A stretch of DNA of 62,152 nucleotides, counting the filler, from Sphacelaria rigidula (lineage: Eukaryota), in assembly GCA_964200075.2 (NCBI GenBank). It is 10 parts of 10 records of this genome, joined end to end, with 100 filler letters (N's around TTAATTAATTAA, not from the genome) between each part and the next. Parts side by side here need not be neighbours in the genome. Positions count along the whole stretch, not along the records: positions 24,904 to 31,028 come from CAXNAA020022072.1; positions 31,129 to 37,253 come from CAXNAA020022073.1; positions 37,354 to 43,478 come from CAXNAA020022074.1; 7 more parts are not named here. One strand, written 5' to 3'. Positions 26,764-40,246 of this stretch are shown one piece after another. Below the pieces are notes generated by a model. The model ran no database searches. It was not told where the DNA came from and saw only the letters and a list, made by a program, of their open reading frames with translations. How positions within the stretch are numbered: the first letter of the stretch is position 1; every line of letters begins with the position of its first letter. The translations under genes and the position numbers were made by a program.

Positions 26764-29059
26764 AATTCTCTTCTTTTTTTTCTCAGAATCTGATTCCGTG
26801 GTTGAGGTCATATATGATGCAGTACATTCTTCCCATTCTCCTTCTTTTAGCGGCAGAGCTTGCATGACCAGCTTGGTCTGCAGATGACAGCGATACGCTT
26901 AAATCGGGCTGACTCAGGAAACTGACAAAGTTGTTGTCTGCTACGGGATTCGACGCTTCACGACTCACCCAGCTCGTAGCGAATCAGATAACGTGTAAGA
27001 CATGACAATATGTCGATGAAATCAACCGACGACATCAAGGTAGTGCACAGGTACGCCGTTATCTTAGCCGTGAGGTATGCTCTGCTTCAATAAAACAATA
27101 CAAACGGTTTGCACGATATCAGAGCCGACGAAGTAACAAAGGGCAAATGTGTAGTGGCCAGGAAGAGGAATACTCAGTGATTTTTGGTGTCTCAGGGCTA
27201 CCGGTGGTCAGCGATATTGCGTACGTGACAATGAACGCAAGGTATTTATAACGTTTTTGTCCATGAGAGGGTGCATTGTTGCCCCCCAAAGAGGTACAAG
27301 TGGCCAGAACTCACAAATTGTAGCCAACAGAAGGTAACGTCCATGGAAAATACGGGCGAGCATGTATATATTGTAGGCAAGTGCACCTGTAGGGAGTGAA
27401 ACAGCTCCGGCGGGTTTCCCGTGACCACGCAACTGTCCTGAGCATCATCATGTTGACTTCTTTCTGTTCTTCTTGCAACGCTTCAGCAGAGAGGAAGCAT
27501 CACAACGTGTGTTGTCGGCGTCACGATAGACGCCTGAACCGATAGCGGCTACCTTACCGATTAGAAGAGCGAGTATCAAGTTTTGGATTGCATCCTGTAT
27601 ACATACGCTCCGAAAGCATGAAACCACGCACTTACACACTGACTGCATGTACGCCTGAAACTCCGGTACGCACTGGGCACGATAGTCGTTTGGGGGGTAG
27701 CGCACGGCACTGTACCGTGTTGTGTATGTCGTGCCGTGCGGTGCTGTCGGGTCCGCACGATAAAGGCTCCGAAACAAGCAAGCCCCCATCTATCCGCTTC
27801 AACCACTTGGGCGGGAGAAGCCACGTGCTGATCCTGAATCAGCAACGTTGTACTAGCTGTAGGGTTGGACAAAGGAACCGAAACCTGTGTGATTCAAAAA
27901 TGGTGGGTGGCAAGTGGCGACTCGGGCCCGCAAGCCGAGTGATGCTACGGTAGGGGTACACAAATATTTTCTGAGGTGAGAGTTGTTGGGAGCCCTTTAT
28001 ATCATCCAAACCACGACTTATAAAAATTTGCGAGAGTACGCCAGGATTACTATTCGAATGTTATGGGGATATCTCGAATGAATCTGCAAACGGGGATGCC
28101 CTGACCCATATTCTTGTACGTCTAGAATCGTTAGGAGCCCCTGAACCAGACAAAATTTCGCGAAAAAAAGTGAACCCCTACCGTAGCATTGCTCAGCCGT
28201 TCTTACGAATACAGTGGTACTCCTTTTTGCGGTGCCCCCCCATTTTTGCGGCGTTTATGCGTATGAAGGCTGTAGCGTTGAAAGTAGCGCCTTGAGCACG
28301 AGGTCTTTTTCCGGAAACAATGTCGCCCATTGACCATCAACGCCGGTAACCCCCACCGTTCAGTCGAACAGCTCATCTCTGCTCGCGCGAGCACCATCCA
28401 ATCCGAACGGCGGAGTACCGCGTTATTTTCGTTGGTTGCCATTTATTCTCTTATATACCGTATATTGCGTGAGTAGTAGCAGATGCTTTTCGCGTATTCC
28501 CATCGGCCGATCCATTGCACTATGGTAGTATCCACCTCTAGCACCTGGCGCCCGAAGGGTTGGAAATCCAAACGACCGTCAAACTGGAGAACATTTCTTG
28601 GTTTGGCTACTCGACATCCTTAGCACAGGAACAGTAGCGGTGCGTGCATGCACGAAAACGATGAAAACAGGAGAATATCTTGGCAAGGCAATCGAGTGGA
28701 AAATGTCACCGCCTTCGCTCCCATCTCCGAATGAGGGGTAGGGACGATTGTCGTGACACAAGCCAGGGTCCACATCATAGTCGCATGCGGGAGGATATTT
28801 GATGGAGACACAATGTAGCTTGTAGAGGCTAATGATCATGGTTCATGCATACAAGTGTTGCATTGTTCGAGTTTTAGATCAAGGCCAAATCGTGGACTGT
28901 AATCACTTGTGCTTTTTCCCGTCGAAGCACTGCAGGGGTATGCGAGCAAGGTCACAACTGGTAGAGCAACTCGAGAATTGTAAGCAGTTGCATCATACCA
29001 TGCCCTTCCTTTGTCCCCTTCTCTCCCATCTTCCCCGCGCCGCGTTCGATACCATGCAG

Positions 29060-29215
29060 GAGGCACTTGCGTGTCGTCTCAACACGCATCTGGGAGAAGA
29101 TGCATTTGTTCAGCATTTGCTCCCGCTGGACCGCAAGGCGGTGAATTGTTTTACAATTTTCGCGACGGGATACTGCTGCGCCGGCTAGTGAGTCTGGCGA
29201 TGCCCGGCATAATAG
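29060..29215 (+). CDS. Fimbrin/plastin-like actin-binding protein, CH1 exon with apparent 1-nt frameshift at about 29131
   Basis: cag|...|gtactt; EALACRLNTHLGEDAFVQHLLPLD continues in another frame as PQGGELFYNFRDGILLRRLVSLAMPGII, matching fimbrin 'HLLPID....LF....DG.LL.KL.N...PGTI'. Confidence 0.8.
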
Positions 29216-29429
29216 GTACTTGAAGTGTTTACCGTAGGTTCTTTCTCGCTGTCTATGTACTCATCTCTGCCACTGTCTGGTAATAGCCTCCCTTTGCCGC
29301 TGTATGTCTCGCCACTTGTAGACGGACTATACTACCCCTAATCTCTGTCTGCACTCTGACGAGTATCGTTCTGCCTCGAGGGTTTCTCGATTTATAGTGA
29401 CGACGCCGCCGAGGGTTTGGTTCATGCGG

Positions 29430-29660
29430 TAGAGAGATCTGAGCAAGTATGTCGTCGATGTACATTTTGTGTAGACACGGGATCCCCTTGGCAGCACGGA
29501 GCTTGTTTTTCATACTGTAGAATCCAACCTACGAAATGCTTCATACTAATACTGGTTGGTCTACAGTGCTGTATATATAGCGCTGTGTACTTGAAGGCTT
29601 CATTGTCCACCACGCCCTGGTGGGTGAGCCTCATCGATAGGTACATCTTCACCTTGCGCC
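29430..29660 (-). mobile_element. Possible highly decayed reverse-transcriptase fragment (DIRS/Ngaro-like) in the fimbrin intron
   Basis: ...KMYLSMRL...FKYTAL and, in another frame, KLRAAKGIPCLHKMYIDDIL (YxDD at 29451-29462). Confidence 0.3.
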
Positions 29661-30708
29661 GATGTCGTGGATTCGAGTCCCCTCAGGATGGTTCACGTGC
29701 AGCCGTTCAACTGGATTCCGTTGTCCGATGCCGTGAGGACGTGCGTGAGCAATCGACACAATGCGATCGGTGGAAGCCGACAAGTTGCAGAGCGGCTGAT
29801 CCCATGTTTGATGGTAAAATTTACTCCCAGGAAAGGATAAAAGTACCGTAGCCGAGGAGAGAGGGAGTAATCTCTCGAGAGTACAACATGGAATTGTCCC
29901 TCGGCAGGGAGGGGGGGGGGTGTACTCACGATCTTGCGCGCCGTAGTCATAAAGAAGCCCATTAGACCGCAAGCCTATAAGACCATCAGACCAGAAAATC
30001 GTTGATCTCGCATCCCTACAAAGCCGGCATAGAGCACGCCGGGTTTTCGCCGGACCAGGCTTGCAATCAATCACCAAGCACCAAGCGCCGTGACGTGCTC
30101 GGCGAGTCGCGTGAGGGGTGACTGGTATCCTTCTAAGAATTTTCGGCTCAAAGCGTACTATAATAATCATTACTGTGTCGCTCATGGATGCCAGCGTCGA
30201 ATGACTCACTTTATTTTCTGGTATCGCCACGTCTAGACAGCCACGGGTTACGCTGCCTCATGGGTGTCTCACCATCAAAATACTATCAGACGTAGTACGA
30301 TTATCCCCTTTGCGCGGAATCGAGGTTCTACCACCCGGCACAATGTGATCTACCTCGACCGCCGTCATGGTTACTACAACAAAACGCATGCGAGAATAAA
30401 ACGGTAACCTGGTTGCCTAGCTTACGCAGTGAGTGGCGTGTTTTACATTGTCGTTGGCGATCGACGTCAACCCTCGAGGGGCGGGGGTGGGAGGGGGGAC
30501 TAGATTGAATGCATGGCAACAATGGATAAAACCTGGAACCCATGTGGAGGAGGTAACAAATAAGCGGTATGTATACATGTAAACAGTAGTGCTGTGCATG
30601 GGTTCCCCCCCCGTAGTTTTCATACTTTCTCTACGTCTTTTGCTTTTCATTTCCTTCTCCTTCACGCTGATGTCCTGCGTTCTTGTTCACCTTTTCGGTG
30701 TTCCCAAG

Positions 30709-30926
30709 CAGCCGACTCTACGATGAACGTCCCGTCAGGATCCGAGCCGGTGAGGCTCTTCAAAGCCATGGAAAACCTCAACGTCGCGCTCACGGCGGCC
30801 GAGGTGGGGGGACTTCAGGTGGTGCATATCGGAGCCAGGGACATCATGGATGGGAGGCCGGCCAGCATTCTGGGGCTGTCGTGGCAGCTCATTCGAGTCC
30901 ACCTGCTGGCGGCGATCAAGCCCAAG
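30709..30926 (+). CDS. Fimbrin/plastin-like protein, CH1 second exon; gene is partial
   Basis: aag/cag tandem acceptor and gtacgt donor; ENLNVALTAAEVGGLQVVHIGARDIMDGRPASILGLSWQLIRVHLL matches the calponin-homology pattern 'EN.N.A...A...G..VVNIG..D...G....ILGL.WQ.I'. Confidence 0.88.
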
Positions 30927-31028
30927 GTACGTTAAAATATACGACACTTTCTACGATAGCCCTCCCCCAAAACCAGCTAAAAGTGTCACCGCAAAAATGG
31001 CCATACAGCGCCTGATTTTCGGGCTTAG

Positions 31029-31128
31029 NNNNNNNNNNNNNNNNNNNNNNNNNNNNNNNNNNNNNNNNNNNNTTAATTAATTAANNNNNNNNNNNNNNNN
31101 NNNNNNNNNNNNNNNNNNNNNNNNNNNN
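31029..31128. other. Artificial contig linker
   Basis: N44-TTAATTAATTAA-N44. Confidence 0.99.
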
Positions 31129-31337
31129 TGCCTTGGGCGTGTGCACATTGACCACGCATCCCTTTCGAGACGGAGCACCGTTCCTACTCTTAACAGAGAC
31201 ACCCCCAACAGTCTGGCGCTCATCACGTTTCTTCCGCAGCTCATTTGGGGGGGGGCATTGTATTAATAGAAAGTGTCCTTAGTCAGTCGATCACTGACCA
31301 CGCATCGCTTTCGAGATGAAGCACTGTTCCTACTTCA
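31129..31337 (-). repeat. Two copies of a high-copy short repeat (also at 6322-6375, 43410-43478, 62008-62080)
   Basis: Core gtgctccgtctcgaaagggatgcgtggtcaatggtc-aacgactaaggcaagcaacaaatgagtacgcccc; found at or near the ends of four contigs. Confidence 0.85.
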
Positions 31338-34300
31338 AAAAGGGTGGGGGGATGTGGTAAAAGTTACGCTCAGCGGCGGGGAGACAAACTCCAACAAACT
31401 CAAGACTGTCTGTCACGCATTCGCTGCGCGTCGTACTCGAGAATAGGCGACGATCAGCAGCAAGTTTCCGCCTCACAGTCTTACGCCAAAAAAAAAAAGA
31501 GAGAATGAATCGGATCAGAATCCGACATCTTTTCGCCCCAATACGTACGCACACACCGCGTAACCCCAGATTCAGCAAGATGGGGTTGTTGTCTGTAGTC
31601 TACATGACATGTGGTCGGAGTTTGAGCACGTAAAAGCACGAACAGCACTTGCACGGCCGTGTCTCCCTAAGTGAGCTCCTCCAAAGGCGATACCAAGATG
31701 GGTACCGCGTAGAATGACATCATCCAGAGGCGCGCAATACGGATCGACGTGTTCGTTTGCCAGGGCAGGAGCCACCCAGCAGGAAGTGAGCGTATTTGCG
31801 TGTCAACATGTGCATCCACTGACGTCTCACGCAGTCTGGGCCGAGGGGACTGTGTTTGGAGGGCGTATCGATGGCATTGCCCAACATCTGTATTTTGCTT
31901 CGTGCAACTAACGCACCACGTAAAACGTGCCGCCGCTCCGGGAATATGCTGTCTATTTTGTGGTTCATCTCCGTGCCAAGTTGCAGGCTGGTTCAAACAG
32001 ACACGGCGGAGAAATCCAAAGTCAAAGTAACGCTTGATTCGTAATGAAAATACAGTACTAAACCCTGCTTGACTGTCGAAAGATACATGAGGTGCGTATG
32101 ATTTTTGTCAGCGGGAATCTTGGCGTAATATTTTTTTTTTTGGCGTCAAGACTGCTCGGGACCGAACTAGATAAAGTATAGTATATGACTGTTGGTCACG
32201 CCAACGGTAGGGCATGGATTTTATCATGCATGTACGAAGATTTTACAACAGAAAGCTGCTTCTGAGCTGCCGAAGAGCCTAGAGTTTTTGGTGGAGGGGA
32301 GGGGGGGTGCTGTAGGCAGTGGGCAGCGCGTGCGATTGTGATCCATCATTTCTCTTGTCATTTCTCAGATGACATCCACGGAAGGTTTCGAATGAAAATC
32401 TAGCCGAGCAGGGCTAGTACAAGTTGAAACCAATAGGAAACACGTCGATAAACTTGCTTCCCCGTCACAAACCCCTGAGATCGAAAGCTGATTGTGAACA
32501 CCTAGGTAATAAAACTGCACCCCGCTTGGTCAGTGATGATGCTTACAGGCTGCTGAAATACTCTATATAAAAAGGGTGACGGGGACTCTATGTCTCATGA
32601 GGGACAGCAGGGAGGGTATCGGGAAGACAAGCCAAAGTCTGTGAACACGGTTTTGAGAGATCAGGCTTTTGTCCGGGAATAGTAATGATGATAAAAACAA
32701 TAATAAGAGAGATAACCGAAACTCGAGATATTCAAGTCAACGACCACTCGGCCTACTATGGTAGCGGTCATGTACGTGCGCACTGCTCGGCTACATCAGT
32801 GTCATCTTCCAGAATATGGGACTGTCCTGGTGTCAAAAGTCAAATGCAGGACTCTCAAAGAAACTGGTCTCGGGCGCCGGCAAGTACAAATATTGAAGTA
32901 GTGTGTGGCAAGTGATTCAGCGCGGGCAAACTGAGTTCAACATGTTGCTGACTCCACTAATGCGACAAACCCAGGCGTCATTGAACCAATCTCTGGATCC
33001 CTGTGCGAGCTCGCCGAGAACAACCAACCCATTGGTCCAACAGCACGACTCGTGACGACTTTTCGAGATTTGCACGTCGCACATTGCGGAATGACTTAAA
33101 AAATCGGCAAGCTATACGTCACGCCACGGTTGCCGCATTCACTGAACTTGCGTTGTGCGCTGCTTGTTCCAGAAACCTGAACTTCATTGGTAGGCACTGC
33201 AACGGCGTGTTGTAGCGCGATGCGTAGACCAAATGGCGACTCTCGAATACAAACACATGATTGGCAGGGTCCCATGGCACAGCTTCGGGCTCTAATCAAA
33301 CTGGTAACCTTGGGCATACACAGCTGTACAGCTGCCGATGCCATGTTAGTGCAGAACATTTGCTCACCTGGAAGTACCAGGCTCTGAACTCCGGGGCAAC
33401 CCACCGTCCAGTCTAGTCCCGTCCAGCCCAGTACAATACAGTAGCCGGCGGCGAGTACTGAACGCCCTATTTGCGTCAGGTCACCAGAGCGATCGGTGAT
33501 GATATTGTGCGCGAACCGTGGCCAAAGGAACAGTGCTGCGGGCGATAATGGGAACGGGGGGGTAGGGAGGAAGAATGAAATCGCAATATACTAGAGTTGT
33601 GACAGGCATCTTCCCCTGGCAGAGTGCGGTTGCAATTTTGCACCACAGTGGTTTTCGACTGTAGTATCACGGTCACGGGGACGTATTTTCAATTTAGGGG
33701 GAGATGAGACGAGGACCGGGCGCTCAGATAGTCTTGACAAACCACGTCAAAAGCTGGGCCGGCAGGCGCAGCAGTAAGAGATGGGGGGCCAGCCAGGTTG
33801 GTTCGACACGGGAATACCAGAAGAAAACAAAAAAAGCGCCGAAACGCGGGGGAGATCAAGGCGATGACTGAAACAATTCGGACCCGATTTTGCTTGGCGT
33901 TGCTCTCCTGATGATGATCGAATATACTTTGGCCTGACGGGTGCTGCGGCTTTCGAAGTGGGAGGGGAACGAGGGTTGATGATGAGCAGACGTGAACAGA
34001 TCTCACTAGCCATAGCATAGGAACAGTTTCTGGAAAGCCCTGTGCGCATCAGATAGGCTCATGTACGATGGAAAGAATCATGTGAATGTTAGGGGGAGGA
34101 GGGGGGGGTATAGATGGTTAGCGAGAGACAACAGGAGGTGCAACACTAGAACATCAAATCGGGCGTGCCCGCCTATGCGACAGCGAATAGTTGCGCTGAG
34201 ACTACTCTGTACATGCATCCTTCGCTTGATTGAGATAAGGATCAAACGGAGATATCGCGGTTACGAAAAACTCGCGACACCTGAACTGGTCCTGTCACGC

Positions 34301-36469
34301 GGGGCACGAAACACGACGCATGGGCGGTGGTTACAGACTGCATGCATCCGCACTGCACGAAACGCAACCGTATGAGGACAAAGACAAGAACTCTTGTCCA
34401 AAACACCGCAATGAAATGATACTGGGAGGAAAGGAATACAGGAACAGATGCACGGCGAAATGGTCGTGAAAGACTCACGGTACTACTGTGCTGTACAAGG
34501 GAAATTTAGACTACTGACTACTGGCCGTACAGTTGTGGAGAGAGGAGGGTTCGGGGTGTTCCCAAATTCCGGCTCTGAAAAAAACACGAAGCAAACTGAC
34601 TGCCCATCGGGCAAGAGATGTGGGGTGGGGAGAACATGAGAAGAGCACAACAAACTATTGGATCGGCTGGGGTTGCCAAACAAGAACAGCTGCAGATGTG
34701 AAGCGTACGGCAAGGACAGCAATTGTGCTCGCAAGTATGCGTTGCTATCTCCACGAGCTTGTGCAACGCTCGAGCTCGAACTACCGGTCAGCGGTCGGCA
34801 ACACTTGTCAAAAGATGGGGTTGATTTTAATCGTGGTCGTATGAATCTCCGCCCTCCCAAAATGCTGGCAGAAATCATTCGAATCACACAGGCGGCTTGG
34901 AAGTTGAGCTAGTCTCCACCATCCTTCTCTATACTAGAAGCGGGTACAGGCAGGATAACAATGCAGGACAAAAACACTCAACTGGTCTGTACCATGCTGC
35001 AGGAGTACCGCGGGCAAGACGGCAAGGTGATACTACTGTGAACAACCAGCTGTGTACAACGAAATGTGCTGTTTGGGCAACACCTTTATTCAGAAGAAAA
35101 GGTTACACACTTTCGTTTGTAAATTGTCTCCAAAGTCAGTATCAGTATAACAGCTAGAGTACCGCTGTACTACAGCGAATTGCCAGCACGCCAGAGTGTA
35201 CGGAAAGCCACGAAAGATGGTTATCATCCTGCTCAACGAAACATGCCGTATTGCGATCAATGCGTTCATCTATTGTATCTATTCTCGGGTACAGAATCTT
35301 TTGACTCACAGTGCACGCACTGTAAACCGTAGTATAGACAGTATCGTGCGGTACAGTTTGCTTGCGTAGTCTTCTGATGAGAGAAAAGGCCGCACAACCC
35401 CCCGACACGCCGTTGCTGATACCGTTTTGACTCGTGCACTGTATCGTACAATAGCGCACATGTGCTTTTGCTGCAGGAAGCACGCGAGGGTGTGCGAGTT
35501 GATAGCGGAAAGAGAGCTGCACATGCTAGTTGCAATGCACGTCTGGCCCTCTCTCACAAACAACTGCACTGCGCTGTTTTGTCTGTACTATAGCACTGTG
35601 GCACCGACTGCCCGAAAAGTCTCGTGAAAAGGCACAGCAGGCAGATGAACGAAACTCTGCCGTCTATGGGGGCAACGAAACAAAGACATGACAAGTACGC
35701 CAGCTGCATCCCCATATGACGAGACAACACAAGACAGACACGCTCGTGCTGTAGACTTTCTTGCTAGTGGGTGCGGTGATACATTCACTGCAATTGCTGT
35801 CACTCGCACGTTTTCGCTGACAGTTGTCGGAACTTTGCACAGAAGATGTTTGGGGTTGCGAAACGCTCTACAATCGCAGAACACACACACTTCGCTCACA
35901 ATTTAGGGGTGGGCTCACCTCTGGCAGTAGCTTTTTCCGTGCGAAAGCAAGACACCCGCGCCTGAAATGCGTACGCCGTGCGCCACCTAGCCAAGCAGGA
36001 CTCTGCTCCTAATATTTTTATGCTCTCTCTCTCTCTCTCTTTCTCCCCCTCTCCACCTGGACGCCCCCTGGTCTACACCTCACAGGCAAACGCACACACA
36101 CACGGGGTTCCTCCTGTGTCGGCCTTTGCCTGCCGTTTTGGATGGCGCGCTCTTGGCGTGTTTCGTGCTTGGCCATCAGGTTGTGATTCCATGGTTTCAA
36201 TTTCCGCAGAGGAAAATATGTAGTTCCCGTCTGTCATAGAATTGGGTGGGACTTCCAAGCAATCCGCCGATATCGGTGAACACCGTCTAGTGCAGTAGTG
36301 TGCAGCTACACTGTACAGAGTTACATTTCCCCCTTTAAGCTCTCCGTTGTATTGGGCCCTCAACCCAACATGAATTGCTGATTAGTAGTCCTACCGTATA
36401 GCACAAGTATTTTCTGCCCCTTGAATTGTTCGGAGCCCTCCATCTCATAAAAAAAATCGAACTACAGTA

Positions 36470-37125
36470 CGAGCTGGGCCAGCCTAGAGGTGGATTTGAA
36501 GTTTGCAGGCCCATGATCCCGCCAGTTTTTGGAGTTCGACCCTGAAATTTGGTATGGACAATGAATAGGGCATGAAATCTATATATACATCGGCACCAGA
36601 ATTTTTTTTTTCATAAGTTGAAGGCATTTTACTGAAACCTGAAAACTGATTATTGCCCATAACTCAAAAAAAAAATCTGGTGCCGATGTAATTTTTTTCT
36701 CCATGCCCTATTCATTGTCCATACCAAATTTCAGGGTCCAACTCTAAATATTGGCGGGAGCATGGGCCTTTATAAAACCGGGTCGGTAGAAATTCAGTAT
36801 TTCGCAGACTACTCACCGGCCCGTATTTGGTTTTCGTGTATTGAAACTTTGTGTGGACGCTCTCTAAGGCATAATTGACAAAAAAAAAAAAGTGGGTCAT
36901 GTTGATTTTTTTCCAATCTTTTTCACTGGTTTAGGGCGTTCTACTATGACCATACATAATGTATGGTAAATACCATTTCTTCATGAGAACGTATTAATCT
37001 CTATGGAAAAAAAAACGGAAGCCCATTTTATTTTTTATTTTATTCAGCACTATTTGATGGTTATCCACACCAAAATCCGTCGCCATCCGCTAAATGCATC
37101 GATCGGGAGTTTCATGGAGATTTTT
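36470..37125 (+). mobile_element. Partial copy of the TA-flanked element with internal hairpin (complete copy at 56939-57793)
   Basis: Starts ta|cgagctgggccagcct; internal palindrome about 36508-36768; collinear with the contig-10 copies. Confidence 0.85.
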
Positions 37126-37253
37126 TTAAACCCCATGTCTAGTAATTCCTATAAATAAACAGCCGATTTTCGAAAATGGGGTTGAAAAAACAAATGAGGT
37201 TCAACTCAAAAGTCGTACTTTCCTTGACCTAAATTCATGACAAATGACTTTCA

Positions 37254-37353
37254 NNNNNNNNNNNNNNNNNNNNNNNNNNNNNNNNNNNNNNNNNNNNTTA
37301 ATTAATTAANNNNNNNNNNNNNNNNNNNNNNNNNNNNNNNNNNNNNNNNNNNN
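37254..37353. other. Artificial contig linker
   Basis: N44-TTAATTAATTAA-N44. Confidence 0.99.
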
Positions 37354-37972
37354 CCGGGTTTGTAGTGAGGCGAGGTCAATGGTCTGATGACTATGGCAAG
37401 CATGATCATGAGTACACCCCCCACACACACACACTTCAATGTCGTTCTTCGAAATCCGTGGATAAAAACATAACACCTTTTTTTATGACTCAGTCACTAC
37501 AAGAACGCTGTTTTCCCCTATTTTTTATTTTCGTATGTTGAAAACGTATGACCAGCCTACGGCCAGTTGTGCTGGCGATGACCCTAGTTGGTAGTCAAAT
37601 ATGCTCGATGGGGTGGCTGGTCTAAGGATACAGACAGTAGCGACATACAATTTCCACACGCCAAGGACTTTGTTCAGCGAACGAGGTGGAACGGGTTTTC
37701 AAGCTGTGTATCAAAACCCTATCTCGCGTCTCCAATGACAGGCTGCATAAGCTTTCATGATCTCGCTGCCCACGTAATCCAAGGTGCAGGATGTCTAAAC
37801 AGGCAGCGCAGTAAACTTGTGTGCAGCGACAATCGTTGGTCGTCAAACACAAGTCTCAACGCGTTCATTACGCACACTGTCTTCTAGTATTTTTCGCTTC
37901 CATCCGAAAACGTATCACAACTCAGGGATCATCTGATTGTTGGTATCTCGCAATTTTCTCCTTTCTCCGAAG

Positions 37973-38188
37973 AATTCTTCAGAGGAGGTCCTCAACGACT
38001 ACCTGACGGCTGTTTTCGTAAGGGTAGGCTCGGCCGAATTCGCGACGCCATTGGGTGAGGGCACCATTCCGAATACCGCCCCGGAGCCTTCACCTGAAGC
38101 CAGAGTTATGGAGCTGTCGTTCAAATGCAGATTCGTGCGATTGGTGTTGTGGGAGCCGATGAGCGGTTGTTCTAATCCAGGACATCAG
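37973..38188 (+). CDS. CEP104-like protein, exon (end of N-terminal jelly-roll-like domain)
   Basis: aag|...|gtaaga, 216 nt open; EARVMELSFKCRFVRLVLWEPMSGCSNPGHQ weakly resembles CEP104 'ARELKSV.....FLKL........N.YNQV'. Confidence 0.55.
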
Positions 38189-38546
38189 GTAAGACGTTGC
38201 CGGCGTAAAACGGTGGAGTTCATATCACCCCGCTGCAGTCGGTCAACATACGAGGGTAGTATAGCTATGCTTGAAGCCCTGCGAAAGCCGCGGGGAGACC
38301 TGCACACGTTGACCCTCTTGCACTTTGTGAGGATGACTCTGATGTTTCGTGTAGCTGTTTTTGGGTGTCGAGATGGAGTGTGCTTGAGAGATGCAGGGCA
38401 GCTGTATTTCTGTAAAGAACGACGGTGGTGGACGAAAGAGGAGTCTGGAGTCTGAGTGTGCGATGCACTGAAGTACGTGTTAAAACCCATCACTCCATGG
38501 ATATATCAGGATCTACGACGACTCGATCGCAGTGTTTCTTCGCCCC

Positions 38547-38579
<33 letters not shown>
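38547..38579 (+). repeat. (TGT)11 microsatellite
   Basis: Perfect trinucleotide run. Confidence 0.95.
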
Positions 38580-39345
38580 CCCTCCTGGTTGGTCTGTGCC
38601 TTGCCTCGAGGAGGGAGTACGGCGTGAGGCAGATTTATCGGCCGCCTCTCCTTGCACAACAGATAGTGCAGATGATACCTACGTGGACTGAGAAATAAGC
38701 AAAATTGCTGCGATAATTTAACACGATGCGTGGGTCGGGGGTCATAGACCACGGCATACACGACATGTCGTCGGTGGGGGACGGTGCTCGCAAATAATGG
38801 GAAGTTGGTCATTTATAGCCTGTGGACTGCTGGCTTTGAGTGTCAGCCGGCCGGCGAGTGTTTTTAGAAGAACGGCTGGTGCCTGACGTATGATACGCGA
38901 TACCCATCTACTATGTTGTTGTGGGAATGTGGGCCATACATCATGCATGCATGTTGCCCACAATTTCTCCCCCCTGCCCCTTTTCCCCACCAGATTTCCG
39001 TAACAAATGTGGACATCCTCGGCCACATGTTGAGCAGCGATGCGTGCTCAAGAAGAAAGAAGGTGCGATACATACCTACGTAGTCAAATGCCCCTCGCTC
39101 AAATTCGGACATCGCTCCACAGATACCATCCTTGGTATCTCTCTATCAAATATCAACATTTCAATTTTGAGCTCGATTATTGCTTCATATTTTTATTCAT
39201 CACCTTCTTCATGACTACTATTCGAACGTTTTCGTTCGTAGCTATCTTCTTCCCTGTTGGTCTTAGTCCGACCTCGTCCTGATTTCCCCTTTCGATTGTC
39301 CTACCCTGTTTGCCCTTCCAACTGTTTTCAATGTTTATCAAGCAG

Positions 39346-39605
39346 GTGGTTAAAACGCGCGAATCAATTCGTGCGAGGTCTGTCGGAGAGACGATGGAAG
39401 ACATTGAGAGCACTCTTCTCGACCTCGGACTAGAGGCCTCCATCGTAAGAGCGAGCCTCGCTCGTGCTACGAGAAGCGACTTGGGATCCAGCGATGCAGA
39501 GCACGGCATATTGTTGGGAACGGAGACGGAGAAGGGAGCAATTCTCCTGCCCGCGGCTGAAAAGGCAGTGGAACTTGTACGGGAGGCGCTGGAAACGGCC
39601 CTTGC
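39346..39605 (+). CDS. CEP104-like protein, exon
   Basis: Pyrimidine tract, cag|...|gtgagt, 260 nt, phase 0-2, joins the next exon in frame (...VELVREALETALA|EDNF). Confidence 0.7.
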
Positions 39606-39659
39606 GTGAGTCATGCCTCGCCAAACACTTTCGGTCCAGCAATTATGTTCCGAAGAGAT

Positions 39660-39750
39660 TGTGTCTGTGTCTGTGTCTGTGTCTGTGTCTGTGTCTGTGC
39701 CTGTGCCTGTGCCTGTGCCTGTGTCAGTGCCTGTATCTACGTCTATGTCT
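39660..39750 (+). repeat. (TGTGTC/TGTGCC)n intronic microsatellite
   Basis: Hexanucleotide run, degenerate at the 3' side. Confidence 0.9.
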
Positions 39751-40050
39751 ATCTCTGCGTGTCTATGTCTCTCTGTGTGTCTCGGTCTCTCTCTGTGTGT
39801 TGCTGTCTTGCGCTTCATCTTCCCCCTTCGCCTTCATTTTTCGACGTTTGGTTTGAAGCTTTTGGCGTACCTCTCTTCATCTCCCTCACTCTCTCTTGCG
39901 CTCGCTCGCTCGCTCCCACTCGTCTTACACTCCCCTACTCTCTGTCATCCGCATTCAACGACTCGCGGTTCGGGGCTTTCCATGCGGGAATACGTTCGTT
40001 GAGAGCATTCGCTGCTTAATGGGAATTTCTAACGACTACGTTGTCATCAG

Positions 40051-40246
40051 GGAAGACAATTTCGAAGAGGCAGAACGCTGGTCGCTCGCGCTGGATCGAA
40101 CATTGTCTCTCGGCCTTACCCTCGGTGCCGCTCGCCGAGCGCAGCACGCTGCGGCAGCTCGAAACGACTTCGACCAGGCTACACAATTTCGAAATGAAGC
40201 GATCGAAGCTGAGGCATGGCTAGCACAGGCGGCTCGGGACGCGTCG
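40051..40246 (+). CDS. CEP104-like protein, coiled-coil exon
   Basis: cag|...|gtaagg, phase 2-0; tandem 'AL.EDNFEEA' and 'AAARNDFDQA' motifs spaced like the two CEP104 'AV..E.YD.AK' motifs. Confidence 0.72.

Noticed and set aside
40020..40056. Hammerhead-like CTGATGA...GAAA on the minus strand
   Set aside because: Stem II has a C-A closing mismatch and no stem I/III partners were found; it overlaps a splice acceptor.
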